A stretch of DNA of 53,777 nucleotides from a virus (taxonomy: Duplodnaviria; Caudoviricetes): positions 1 through 53,777 of the IMG/VR virus record IMGVR_UViG_3300025161_000009. One strand, written 5' to 3'. The notes beneath the pieces were generated by a model, which made no database searches, was not told where the DNA came from, and was given only the letters and a program-made list of their open reading frames with translations. Position 1 is the first letter of the stretch. The number at the start of each line of letters is the position of its first letter. The position numbers were made by a program, and so were the translations under genes. Positions 17,882 to 27,492 of this stretch are shown here, piece after piece.

Positions 17882-20544
17882 CTGTTACCTCTCATTGAGA
17901 GATACTGGTACAATGCCCAATTCTGGATAGAAGACGGGTAGAAGGGGTAGGCGACCCAGTAGTCCCCTAAGTACTTACTGACCAAGAAGTACTGCTCTTG
18001 GTCAGAATTGGACTGGAGACCATTAAAGAGCGGGCTAATCCCTCTCCACTTGTAGAGTAACTCATTATCAACAGTAGAGAAAAGTGATGCTAGTATACTC
18101 TGCTTAGTCCAGATCGAGTCTGCCTGGGCATAAGAGTAGATAAAGGGGGTCCCAGAAGAAACTAGACCAAGGGAACCATATCTGTTTAAGGGTGAGACCC
18201 GTTGAGGGGAGTGGATCTCAAATGAGAACTCATCCACAGGTACTAATATAAGATCATAGAAAGTCAAGGCAGGAGCTCCAGACCCATTGATAATGGACAC
18301 CCCTACTATAATGCCTTGAGGAGAACTACCAGGTCTTTCTACTGGGGCTGGAGGAAGATCACAAACCCCTAATTCAACTAACTGGTAGGTTGTACCAACA
18401 GGGTAGATTGTCTTCACCTCGGCATAATAGTAAATCTGGTCCAGGGTATTCCCTAGTAGGTCATAGGTGGTCCCAGTAAAGAGCTGGAGAGTATTATTAG
18501 AAGCTGCCCCCCCATTCTTCAACCTCATAAAAACCCGGTACCTACCTATAAATGACGGCATCACTGGGGGTAGTATCCTCCAATACAAGGTACCACTACT
18601 AGGCCCTGCAGGGCTCCAGGTTAATGACTTGTTAACCGGAGAGTAGAGGTCAGGGTTGTTCGGAGTCCAACCTGACCCTGTATAAACAGGATATATAAAT
18701 GGGTTATCTGGGTTAGAACCAGGAGGTTCCTGTGCATTTAAGCACATCTGGAAGTACTCACCTCTAATTTTAGACCTAGTACCCATGATGACCCGGTGGT
18801 TCTGTAACTCAGCCTCAGCAAGTGCCCCTTTGGTATCTAGTATTGTCCGCTGGGGTACAATCTGGGTTCTAACCCTACAAGGGATATCCCCTTTGATGCT
18901 CTCTCCAGGTATATTAGTATTAGGCCAGATAGCAGAGTAAACCCTACCAAGTTGCTGGACAGGAGCAGTTGGAGTGCCCCCTACTGCAGTAACTCTAAAC
19001 CTAAGGGCATACCCAGTTACCCCATTAATAGTATCCTGAGCCCAAACTCCACCTGCTCCTGTCATGTTAGCTGTACTAAAGTAAACTCCACAGATTCCAG
19101 GGCTTTGAAGTTGTGAGGTTGTATCAGTATATGGAGCATTAGCCCCCAGATTTGCCCACAAACCTCCACCTCGTGAGAACTCCCATACTCCAGATAACTG
19201 AGTTCCAGGGATCAGGTTGAAAATAACATTGGGGAAGTGAGCCCCTCCTGATTCCCCATTCTCAGTCATAATGTAAAGTACATGCCCAATAGCAGGAACT
19301 GTAGGGAGTAAGGCTGTGGGGTATGTATTAATGAGATTGGCGGAGTACCCTACTCCATCAAAGTAGAAGAGATGGGTCAATTGGGACTGCCTGTGGAAGT
19401 TAGATATAATTGCCGACCCTTCAGTACAGGATGGAGTAGACCCAAAAAGCCTTTGGGAGGTTATATACTCAACTGTAAGGGTTGGTTCTGCATAAGATAT
19501 ATGCTCCAGGGCAGCAAATCTCTTTACCACTGGAGAAATTCCTGAGTCTCTAATGAATAAAACCAGGTTATTACCTGATGCCCACCCACCAAGGTTAACT
19601 ATCTCTTGGATAATCCCTTCTAAGCCTCCTAAGATTACTTTGTCCCCTGCCGTCAAAGTGGGCAGAGTAAACTCTTTGGATGCAGAAGTCAGTGTCCTCC
19701 CCATAAAATTAGCGTATGTAGAAAAGATGCTAGGAGTAGCATTAAGTTCCCCTCTAACAGTAACTGCGGTATCGCCCCCATCTGCCGATACCACTGTTGC
19801 TTTAAGGGTTATCCAGGCATTGATAATAGTCGCTCCCGGGGGTATCGTATTATTTCTAAACCGTATCCCTGTATGGTACTGGTCACCAGTCGAGCCTCCT
19901 ACAATAAGGTCTGGTAACCCAGTGAAGATCAAACCCCCACCACCTGTATTGACATAAGCATCATCTGCAGAATCAGTGGGGACAGTGGTTAACTCTCTAT
20001 AATTAAACCTTATCTGGGAAGCTCCTGTTTCTAGACAGGCAGGTGTAAAGGGAGGAGTATCATACCAGAAAGTATGTTCTATAGTGAGTACCAACCCTTC
20101 ATCTACATTGAATGGTTGGACAAAGGGATCAGAATCACTAGGTGTCTGGTAAGATTTAACAAGGGCATACCTAGAGTTAGTTTCGCATGAGCCCCTACAC
20201 TCTATAACCACTGGATCAGTTTGCCAGTTATTCCTCCAGTAACTCTCACCCTTTTCCAAGAGTCTCCTCAAGTCCTGGAGGAACTCTATCTTCTCATCTG
20301 TGGTAGACCCTTCTACCTGTAGTGTTAGGGTATCTACAATGTTCTCCCATGCCTTGAAGACTACTCGTGATCCCCACCCAGTAGGGGAAGACGCCCTTAC
20401 CCCTCCCCCTTTAGGGGTGGCTAAACTAGGGGACCACCCTAAGTACTTAAACCCAGGGGTTCCATCCTTACCTAGTAGGTCTATCGTAGTTTCAGAGTCA
20501 TAGATTCTAAGTATGTCAAAGGTCATTCTACCCTCCAAAGGCAA
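17878..20544 (-). CDS. Large distal-tail (Dit-like) protein with inserted carbohydrate-binding-type domain
   Basis: Directly after the tape measure; DDAYV...GIRF..IP.GATI..A...P.L.VEY (DNRLRE-like) insert. Confidence 0.6.
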   Translation of the reverse strand: MPLEGRMTFDILRIYDSETTIDLLGKDGTPGFKYLGWSPSLATPKGGGVRASSPTGWGSRVVFKAWENIVDTLTLQVEGSTTDEKIEFLQDLRRLLEKGESYWRNNWQTDPVVIECRGSCETNSRYALVKSYQTPSDSDPFVQPFNVDEGLVLTIEHTFWYDTPPFTPACLETGASQIRFNYRELTTVPTDSADDAYVNTGGGGLIFTGLPDLIVGGSTGDQYHTGIRFRNNTIPPGATIINAWITLKATVVSADGGDTAVTVRGELNATPSIFSTYANFMGRTLTSASKEFTLPTLTAGDKVILGGLEGIIQEIVNLGGWASGNNLVLFIRDSGISPVVKRFAALEHISYAEPTLTVEYITSQRLFGSTPSCTEGSAIISNFHRQSQLTHLFYFDGVGYSANLINTYPTALLPTVPAIGHVLYIMTENGESGGAHFPNVIFNLIPGTQLSGVWEFSRGGGLWANLGANAPYTDTTSQLQSPGICGVYFSTANMTGAGGVWAQDTINGVTGYALRFRVTAVGGTPTAPVQQLGRVYSAIWPNTNIPGESIKGDIPCRVRTQIVPQRTILDTKGALAEAELQNHRVIMGTRSKIRGEYFQMCLNAQEPPGSNPDNPFIYPVYTGSGWTPNNPDLYSPVNKSLTWSPAGPSSGTLYWRILPPVMPSFIGRYRVFMRLKNGGAASNNTLQLFTGTTYDLLGNTLDQIYYYAEVKTIYPVGTTYQLVELGVCDLPPAPVERPGSSPQGIIVGVSIINGSGAPALTFYDLILVPVDEFSFEIHSPQRVSPLNRYGSLGLVSSGTPFIYSYAQADSIWTKQSILASLFSTVDNELLYKWRGISPLFNGLQSNSDQEQYFLVSKYLGDYWVAYPFYPSSIQNWALYQYLSMRGNR

Positions 20545-23080
20545 GAGAGACCCTAGAGTCTATAAGAGTAACCAGAGTAGAAATATCCACCCCTCCATTG
20601 ATAATCTGCCCTCCCATATTGAGGTTAACCACCTTAGTGGTAGAATAGGATGACATAGTTGGTACTTTTGTCGTAGGACCTAGAGATGGTACTACTGACT
20701 GAAAAGTAGTAGAAGTAGGTAGGACACCTCCAGGCAAGAGTTTTAATTTCTCTATAATCCCATCAATAAAGTCCTTTATGTCTTGAAGAAAGTTCTTCAA
20801 CCCTTCTACTGCTTTATTAACAGGTCCTAACACCCAGTTCTTAAAGTTAAGGAGGGCAGTAGAAAGAGCCCCTCCTACTATGGTTGCTATATCATCCAAC
20901 CAACCCCATAAAGTTTCTAGTACTGGGACAATAGTAGCACTGATATAATCCCATAGACTCTCAAGCGCTGGTTTAAGTGTGTCATACCAGAAATCTGAAA
21001 GTTTCTGCATAGCCAGGGTTAGTAAAACCCCAAGGAGATTCTCTAAACTCTGGAAGATAGGGATGACATATTTGTCCAGAAAGTCCCAAAGTGCATTGAG
21101 TGCCGGCTTAAGTACAGTGTTCCAAAAGTCTGCCACCTTCTGGATAGCTGGAGGGATATTATCTCTCAACCAGGTTACTACATCTATGAGTATGGGTATC
21201 ACGTAGGTCTTGATAAAACTCCAGATAGCATCTAAGGCAGGCTTCAACACGTTATTCCAGAAGTCAGATGCCTTTTGGATCGCTGGGGGTATCTGGTCTG
21301 CCAACCAGGCTACCACTTCCATAAAAGTGGGGATGAGGGAATCCCTGATAAATCCCCAAACTGCTTCAAGTGCAGGCTTCAATACATTTACCCAGAAGTT
21401 CTTTAGGTTCTCTATGACTGGGGGTAACTTTTCTTTCAACCAATTCCAGAGATCAGTTAGGATAGGTTTAAGAACTTCATTCCAAATCTTAATCGTGGTA
21501 TCCCTAATACCCCCAAAGTTAGAAGCCCAGGCAGCACCCAGAAGAGCTCCTGCAGCCACTATAAGAGTTATAGGAGAGAACAGAGAGGCTATCAAGGTGC
21601 CTAGTACAGGTAGTAAGGCAATAATCGCTTGGATTGTAGTTATTATCTTAGCCCCTGCTAGAACTACCCCAATGCCTGCTAGTGCCCCTAGAAATGTATT
21701 TATATTCTCAGAAACAAACTGGAAGGCTAGGGCAAGTTTTGCTCCTATAAAGTCCCATAACTCTACTAATATTGGTTGGAGTGTAGTCACCCAAAGTATT
21801 GATAATGTAGTAAAGGTAGGTTCTAGAGTACTCGTCCAAACATTAGACAGAAACTGGATCGCAACAGGGATCATGTTACCTAACCAGTCTACAAGTTTAG
21901 TAAGGACCCCACTGATAAAGTTAGTTAGTACGGGTATGAAGGACTCAATCGCTGGAACTGCATAGGTCAGGAAGACATCAGCAAACTTCTTTATCCCTGG
22001 GGTAAGTGACTTTACTACTGTTCCAATTAGCCCCATAATCGCAGTACCTAAAGGCTCCATTGAGATCTTTACCTCATTCATAGACATCTGCCAAAACTCA
22101 GCAAAGTCCATGGTCGCCTCCCCTGTCTTCATTATATTATCTTCAGTACTCATCAGGGCAGACGTAAGGTCTTCCAATTCTAACTTACCAGATCTAATTG
22201 CATTAGTTAACTCAATGCCTGAGCGGGAACCAAAGATCTCAGATGCAATAGATAAAGCCTCAGTCTCAGTAGCAGCACCTTTAATCATTTCTATAGACTC
22301 TGCAAAGGCTTCATTCATAGGCTTACCAGATTCCGCTAGTTTCTTAGTAGCCATCCGGAGTCCCATCATAACTGACCCTACATTAACACCTGCCTCTTCA
22401 AGCCCACCTAGTAAGGCAATGGATTCCTCGAACCCGAAACCCATTGACTTGAGTATAGGTCCAAAGTTGTCCATCTGGGAGAGTAAGGACCCAAAGTTGG
22501 CACCTGTCTTCTGGGATGCCACAAAAACCTTATCTAATGTCTTTGCGAGGTCCTCATTCTGGATATTCCAGTCCTGTGCTACCCCTGCAAGTGCTTTAGT
22601 ATTACTCTGGATAGATCCTCCTGTTAGTCTAGTAACCTCTAAAAGGGGCTCAGCAACATTCTTGAGAGCATCACCAGTGAGTTCCAATCTCTGGTACAGA
22701 CCACTAATGGCAATGGATGCAGTATTAGCATCTGTGGGGATATCAGTCATAACCTGCTTCATAACACCCCCAAAACCCTCTATCTCTTCTTCAGCCCCTC
22801 CTGTAGAAATAACCATTGAGTCAAAAGCCTCATCAAACTCTAAACCAACCTGGAGAGCCTGTTGCCCAAGGGCAACTAAAGCACCAATTGCTGCGGTAGT
22901 TATAACCCCAGCCATTCCTACTACTGCTAAACCAATACTATCAAAAGCACTTGATAATCTTCCGGCAATACTCTCTGTCTCATCCCCCATATCCTTTGTA
23001 GTATCCATGTACTCCTTTGACCCCCGGTCGAAGTCAGCCATGTCCATTACAGCAGCAAGACCTATCTCAGCAAGTCCCAT
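20528..23080 (-). CDS. Tail tape measure protein
   Basis: PhageMin_Tail-like N-half (GF.FEES.ALL..LE.AG, EIFG.R.G); Trp-spaced 45-aa repeats (W codons at 21394, 21259, 21124). Confidence 0.92.
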   Translation of the reverse strand: MGLAEIGLAAVMDMADFDRGSKEYMDTTKDMGDETESIAGRLSSAFDSIGLAVVGMAGVITTAAIGALVALGQQALQVGLEFDEAFDSMVISTGGAEEEIEGFGGVMKQVMTDIPTDANTASIAISGLYQRLELTGDALKNVAEPLLEVTRLTGGSIQSNTKALAGVAQDWNIQNEDLAKTLDKVFVASQKTGANFGSLLSQMDNFGPILKSMGFGFEESIALLGGLEEAGVNVGSVMMGLRMATKKLAESGKPMNEAFAESIEMIKGAATETEALSIASEIFGSRSGIELTNAIRSGKLELEDLTSALMSTEDNIMKTGEATMDFAEFWQMSMNEVKISMEPLGTAIMGLIGTVVKSLTPGIKKFADVFLTYAVPAIESFIPVLTNFISGVLTKLVDWLGNMIPVAIQFLSNVWTSTLEPTFTTLSILWVTTLQPILVELWDFIGAKLALAFQFVSENINTFLGALAGIGVVLAGAKIITTIQAIIALLPVLGTLIASLFSPITLIVAAGALLGAAWASNFGGIRDTTIKIWNEVLKPILTDLWNWLKEKLPPVIENLKNFWVNVLKPALEAVWGFIRDSLIPTFMEVVAWLADQIPPAIQKASDFWNNVLKPALDAIWSFIKTYVIPILIDVVTWLRDNIPPAIQKVADFWNTVLKPALNALWDFLDKYVIPIFQSLENLLGVLLTLAMQKLSDFWYDTLKPALESLWDYISATIVPVLETLWGWLDDIATIVGGALSTALLNFKNWVLGPVNKAVEGLKNFLQDIKDFIDGIIEKLKLLPGGVLPTSTTFQSVVPSLGPTTKVPTMSSYSTTKVVNLNMGGQIINGGVDISTLVTLIDSRVSLAFGG

Positions 23081-23085
23081 CTGTA

Positions 23086-23361
23086 TTAACTCCTTCCTCT
23101 CCTCCTTTGGACTCTCTCCATCTCCTCCTTTTGCTTCTTCAAGTCATACGCTTCCATAGTAGATTTAGCCCTAGAAAATGCTATCATCATATATGGATCA
23201 TCCTCAGGAGGACACAACCCAAGTTCTGAGGGTTTAACCCCCCATTCCTGGGCGTAGGTCAAGTAGGAGAACATAGGGTCAAACCACCAGTCACCCTTAT
23301 CTAACTCTCTCCGAACCTCCTCCAGTGTTTTTCCGTTTATTGCCCGGTATCTTATGTTGAA
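23086..23361 (-). CDS. Frameshift extension of the tail assembly chaperone (G-T type)
   Basis: Overlaps the TAC 3' end in the +1 frame; WG..PSE motif; abuts the tape measure. Confidence 0.65.
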   Translation of the reverse strand, partial: FNIRYRAINGKTLEEVRRELDKGDWWFDPMFSYLTYAQEWGVKPSELGLCPPEDDPYMMIAFSRAKSTMEAYDLKKQKEEMERVQRRRGRS

Positions 23362-23914
23362 AGGAGGACTCAAAGGCATTTATAACCTCTGGGTCCACTC
23401 CTTCAAGAGAAAGTCTCATAATAGCTATAGCACAGGCTTCTGCTACTGAGGGGGGAATAAGTACCTCAGTAAGCATGTAATGGACATACTTTTCTTCAGG
23501 GTCAGATGGTACCTTAAGACCGTCCCTCTCCTGTCTCTCCTCCCAACCGTCATTGGGGATCTCAAACTCAGTACCTCTAAGTATCAAAGTAGATAGCATT
23601 TGCCCTGCAGTCAACTGAGGAACCTGCTGGAGGACACCTTTGCACTCAAAGTACTCCTTTTTAACCTCTTCAGGAGCATCTAGAATAGTTGTATCATCAT
23701 AAGGTACAGGCTTAACCTCAACTCCAGGTGCCAAATTAGGTATCTCTGGAATGTAAGTAGGAAGGTCCACCTTATAACCCTGTCTCCTCAAGTCATCCTT
23801 GACTTTGTCCTCTGCAGCTCTAAGCCTAGCAGTGGATACTGCCTTTAACTTTATAACCCTTCCATCCGGTAGTTGGAATTCAGTGGGTACAGTAAACTGG
23901 TAAGGTATAGTCAT
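23297..23914 (-). CDS. Tail assembly chaperone
   Basis: Lies between the major tail and tape measure genes, with an overlapping downstream ORF. Confidence 0.75.
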   Translation of the reverse strand: MTIPYQFTVPTEFQLPDGRVIKLKAVSTARLRAAEDKVKDDLRRQGYKVDLPTYIPEIPNLAPGVEVKPVPYDDTTILDAPEEVKKEYFECKGVLQQVPQLTAGQMLSTLILRGTEFEIPNDGWEERQERDGLKVPSDPEEKYVHYMLTEVLIPPSVAEACAIAIMRLSLEGVDPEVINAFESSFQHKIPGNKRKNTGGGSERVR

Positions 23915-23987
23915 CTTTTGCTCCCCGGGGCGTAAGGCAGGATGTCTCTTCTGTGGGGGAGCGCACCTGAGAATCCTGCCCTACGCC
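23915..23987 (-). promoter_or_regulatory. Hairpin with loop complementary to the TAC Shine-Dalgarno (possible pseudoknot)
   Basis: 15-bp stem 23929-23943/23973-23987; loop GCUCCCC complements GGGGAGC at 23920-23926. Confidence 0.6.
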
Positions 23988-24004
23988 GATTGATAATAAT
24001 CTAC

Positions 24005-25498
24005 CTATACTATCCCTGCCTCGAGTATTACTCCCCTAGTACCATCATCATCCCCAACAGCAAAAACATGATTGGGATTACAGACAAGGAGATCATTCAG
24101 TCCATTAGGTCCTGTGTTAGGCTGGATAAGCTTCCAAGAATTACCACCGTCAATAGTCCTAAGGACTCTTCCAACTCCTCCAGTGATAACATGGATCATA
24201 TACCCATTCATCTCATCCCCTTCAGGGAAGGCAAATGCTCTAACTGACCCTGTACCAGCATTAGGGAAGTTATTCAGCCTAACCCAACTCCCACCTCCAT
24301 CATAAGACATGTAGTGGTGACCCCCAGATGTACCAGCACTCCACCGACTTCTACTGTGAACCTCGATATCCAGAATGTTATTACCTGAACCTGTAGCAGA
24401 TGCAGCCGTCCAGTTCACTCCTCCGTCAATAGTGTAGATAATGACATCTCCTGCTCCACCTGCTACACCGAACTTAGGTGAGAAGAAGTCGATGCAGTTT
24501 ATCTGAGCACCACCTGAGGCTACTAAAGCAGATGTCTGCTCTTCCCAAGTTAACCCACCATCTACAGACTTGTAAATTCTACCTGTGCTTGTGCCTACCC
24601 ACATCTGGTCAGCATCATAGATGCAAAGAGCATTAGGAGAGTTAACTGCCTCAGCATTAGTAGAACCTACATTGACTGGGGATGCCCAAGATGCTCCCAG
24701 GTTATCAGAGTAAGACATCTGGAGTGGGGTCCCAGCAAGGGTCATCCTAAAAGCAATTAGCCTAACTGTTCTAGCATCCAGCATAAAGGACTTTAGAGCA
24801 GTTATATTGAGATTCACCCCAAAGGGATCTGCAGCACTTGCCGCCCATGTTTGACCTCCATCCTGGGATACAAGGACATTTGCAGAAACTCCAGCCCCAG
24901 CATCACATCCAATAGCCATGGTATTACAGGGGTCTATAATCTGTTGGGAGCATCCCTCACCACAAGTAGAATACAGAGGGGAGGTTATGGCATTAAGATC
25001 AGTTACTTCCGTAGTAGACTTCTGGGAGGTCAGAATCTCCCATAGATCAACTCTAGGAGGTCTTGCTACTACCTCGTAGGATCTTAGCATCTCATCTGAA
25101 GAATCTCTCTGGGAGATATTAGAAACAGTATCATTCACCAAGTGAGCCTTGTGGACAACCTGTCCAGTAATCCAGTTAGCAAAGATCCCCTCATTTCCCT
25201 CACATCTCTGTAAAGCAAAAACAGTGAATGGGCAATTAGCCTGGTCTATCCAAGAAGCTGTCCGAGCATGCAGTCTCTCGATAGTGAAAGAGATCAAGTC
25301 AGGTGGAGAGGGCTTCTCTCCCAGGATCTGAAAAGCTCCCTTTCCATCCCTGCAGACAATAGGGTCAAACCCTCCACGGGGGTTAGAGATCTCGTCCAAC
25401 CCAGTACAAGTCCCTAGGTAGTAAACTTCCTTGCCCGGCTCAAACTGGATAAATAAACTCGTAGCAGTAGACAGTATTACCTTTTCCTCATCTGCCAT
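24005..25498 (-). CDS. Probable major tail protein with C-terminal BNR/Asp-box propeller
   Basis: Position before the TAC; six S/T-x-D-G/N-G/L-x-x-W Asp boxes. Confidence 0.7.
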   Translation of the reverse strand: MADEEKVILSTATSLFIQFEPGKEVYYLGTCTGLDEISNPRGGFDPIVCRDGKGAFQILGEKPSPPDLISFTIERLHARTASWIDQANCPFTVFALQRCEGNEGIFANWITGQVVHKAHLVNDTVSNISQRDSSDEMLRSYEVVARPPRVDLWEILTSQKSTTEVTDLNAITSPLYSTCGEGCSQQIIDPCNTMAIGCDAGAGVSANVLVSQDGGQTWAASAADPFGVNLNITALKSFMLDARTVRLIAFRMTLAGTPLQMSYSDNLGASWASPVNVGSTNAEAVNSPNALCIYDADQMWVGTSTGRIYKSVDGGLTWEEQTSALVASGGAQINCIDFFSPKFGVAGGAGDVIIYTIDGGVNWTAASATGSGNNILDIEVHSRSRWSAGTSGGHHYMSYDGGGSWVRLNNFPNAGTGSVRAFAFPEGDEMNGYMIHVITGGVGRVLRTIDGGNSWKLIQPNTGPNGLNDLLVCNPNHVFAVGDDDGTRGVILEAGIV

Positions 25499-25510
25499 AG
25501 TATGCCTCCT

Positions 25511-25876
25511 TTATTCCTTAAACTGATTGATAATCTCAGAAAGAGTTAGACCTAAAACTCTCTGGATACAGGCCAGAGCAGGTATCCGCTTCTGGTAGAG
25601 ATCATCTAGTGAGAAGATACCCTCATTTCTAAACTCCATAGCTAACTGGTGGGGGTCAAAGGGTTTTACCTTAATATCCTCCCACCTAACCCCATAGGGA
25701 ATCCCTGCCTCAAGATCCTCAAGGGCAGCCTTTCCATCTTTGATAATACTACTAGGAATAACTACCCTAAGTAGACCCTTCTCAGATGAGTACTCAACTA
25801 GAGTTGACTTTCCCATCTTGTGGATAACCTTCACTCCAATTACTACAGATTTTCTCTCTTCCATACTAAGCTCCAT
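25511..25876 (-). CDS. Hypothetical protein (neck/tail region)
   Basis: Tiles within the operon. Confidence 0.6.
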   Translation of the reverse strand: MELSMEERKSVVIGVKVIHKMGKSTLVEYSSEKGLLRVVIPSSIIKDGKAALEDLEAGIPYGVRWEDIKVKPFDPHQLAMEFRNEGIFSLDDLYQKRIPALACIQRVLGLTLSEIINQFKE

Positions 25877-26390
25877 GCCCAGATACCTCTGCTATCTGTT
25901 TCATAACATCTGAACCCCAGATCTCAAATTCTTTCTGCCATTCCTCCCCCAGGATCTCAGACCAGCGCCTGGGCTCTATACCTGGGTGCATGACACCTTT
26001 AGCAGCAACAAGAAATCCACCAGTCTGACCAGGAACTGTCCGAGTTACTCCAGGGGAGGACCCAGCAGTGTACTCAGACATAAAGAATAGAAGACCCCTT
26101 TTGTTACTAGGCTTAGGGTTGATAGCATGGGGAGGTGTTCCCTCATCAAGCCACAACCACTTCTTAGCACCTTCAGATTCTGGGTCCTCAGGCTCTATGT
26201 CCATTCTCACCCAAGTTGCACCCACCTTGTAAGTCTTCTTCCAGACAGGTCTCTCACCCTGCCACCCCTCGGTAACTAGATTAAAGTCCTCAAGGATTAA
26301 CTGTCCCAACTCGTCAAAGGATTCTTTGAGTAGATCAAGCATCACTTGATCTCTATATGGCCCAGGTTTTATAGCCTTAAACCTAATCAT
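25866..26390 (-). CDS. HK97 gp10-like neck/tail-completion protein
   Basis: EGT.PH.I.P...L.F...V.HPG motif. Confidence 0.7.
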   Translation of the reverse strand: MIRFKAIKPGPYRDQVMLDLLKESFDELGQLILEDFNLVTEGWQGERPVWKKTYKVGATWVRMDIEPEDPESEGAKKWLWLDEGTPPHAINPKPSNKRGLLFFMSEYTAGSSPGVTRTVPGQTGGFLVAAKGVMHPGIEPRRWSEILGEEWQKEFEIWGSDVMKQIAEVSGHGA

Positions 26391-26392
26391 CG

Positions 26393-26614
26393 CTACTGCA
26401 CCAACTCAAAGTCCTTCCCAAGTAGATAGATAGCATCCCTGACATCTACATACCTTGTAGTACGCTCAGTAAAAGGGTAGAAAGCATCAGTAAACTCTCC
26501 ATAGACATCATAAGGTGGGTCTACAACTTGGATAAGTTTGAGAAGACCTGCCTCCCCAAATCCAATGGATTTAGGCTTACCAGCTGGTTTCTTTTTAGTA
26601 CACCCACAAGTCAT
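26393..26614 (-). CDS. Hypothetical protein
   Basis: ATGA overlap; MTCGC..K start. Confidence 0.6.
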   Translation of the reverse strand: MTCGCTKKKPAGKPKSIGFGEAGLLKLIQVVDPPYDVYGEFTDAFYPFTERTTRYVDVRDAIYLLGKDFELVQ

Positions 26615-27282
26615 GAGGTAACACTCCCACTTGTGTCATTTACTATAATCCGAGCAGCATTCCACTCAGTATGTGATTGCTCAGCCCACCCAATGGATGG
26701 GAAGAGGGCACCTGTTCCACCCTCACAGACATCTATCTCTCCATTCCGTATCTGTAGCAGCCTATCTTTAGCCATCTCAGCATATCTAGTCTTCTCATCT
26801 GCAGACAAACTAGGAGCACAGGGGCACTCATAGAACACCCGAGCAAGAACTATGTTTAGTTCAGCAAGGAAGTTTGCACCCCACGGGGACAGGCTACAGT
26901 CACAAGCACCAGCAGCACCTAAAGCAGCTTGGATATCCCCTGACGTTATATCCAGGTAATGCTCTATAGATGCCCTCTGGGCAGCATTCATAAAGACAAC
27001 CCTGTAGGTCTCACCATTATACCAGGTTACTCCAGTAGCAGTTATAGTAGTTTCTGTTATAGCAGTAATAAGCCCACTCAAGTTCCTAGTAAGATTGTAG
27101 AGTACCATCCCTACATTGGCACGTCCCCCCAATCTTAAGAAATCCTGGTTAGGGTCAGTTAGAAAGGCATTAGGTGGAGCAGGGAGAACTACTCCACCCA
27201 TGTCTACTCCAGAAACTAAAGCATGGGTACACCAAAAAGAGGCATACTGCCAAGCTTCTGCATACCTTCCAGTACAACCCAC
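26611..27282 (-). CDS. Head-tail adaptor-like protein
   Basis: C-half resembles gp36/gp15-type adaptors (I..AL...G, L..I..GE); neck position. Confidence 0.55.
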   Translation of the reverse strand: MGCTGRYAEAWQYASFWCTHALVSGVDMGGVVLPAPPNAFLTDPNQDFLRLGGRANVGMVLYNLTRNLSGLITAITETTITATGVTWYNGETYRVVFMNAAQRASIEHYLDITSGDIQAALGAAGACDCSLSPWGANFLAELNIVLARVFYECPCAPSLSADEKTRYAEMAKDRLLQIRNGEIDVCEGGTGALFPSIGWAEQSHTEWNAARIIVNDTSGSVTS

Positions 27283-27286
27283 AGGG

Positions 27287-27490
27287 TCACTCCTCTACCT
27301 TCTTCTTCTTTGAGGGGTAGATCTTCTCAGCGATCTCCTTGGAGACAAGAGAGGCTAGCTCATCCTTCTTTGCCCCCTTTATATCTCCAGGAGTAACAAA
27401 CCCAGCCTCAAAAAGAACCTTGCACTCATCATAAGTAAGGTCTGGGAAGTACAGCTTCATCCCTTGATAATGTTTAGGTAACATATCCAC
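27287..27490 (-). CDS. Small helix-hairpin-helix protein
   Basis: L.EAGF.T..DI..A...EL pattern. Confidence 0.55.
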   Translation of the reverse strand: MDMLPKHYQGMKLYFPDLTYDECKVLFEAGFVTPGDIKGAKKDELASLVSKEIAEKIYPSKKKKVEE

Positions 27491-27492
27491 TC

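Noticed and set aside
20979-23229. Long plus-strand ORFs (251 and 349 aa) opposite the tape measure, and similar ones opposite the capsid and primase genes
   Set aside because: Antisense shadows of strongly supported minus-strand genes; no motifs or RBS.
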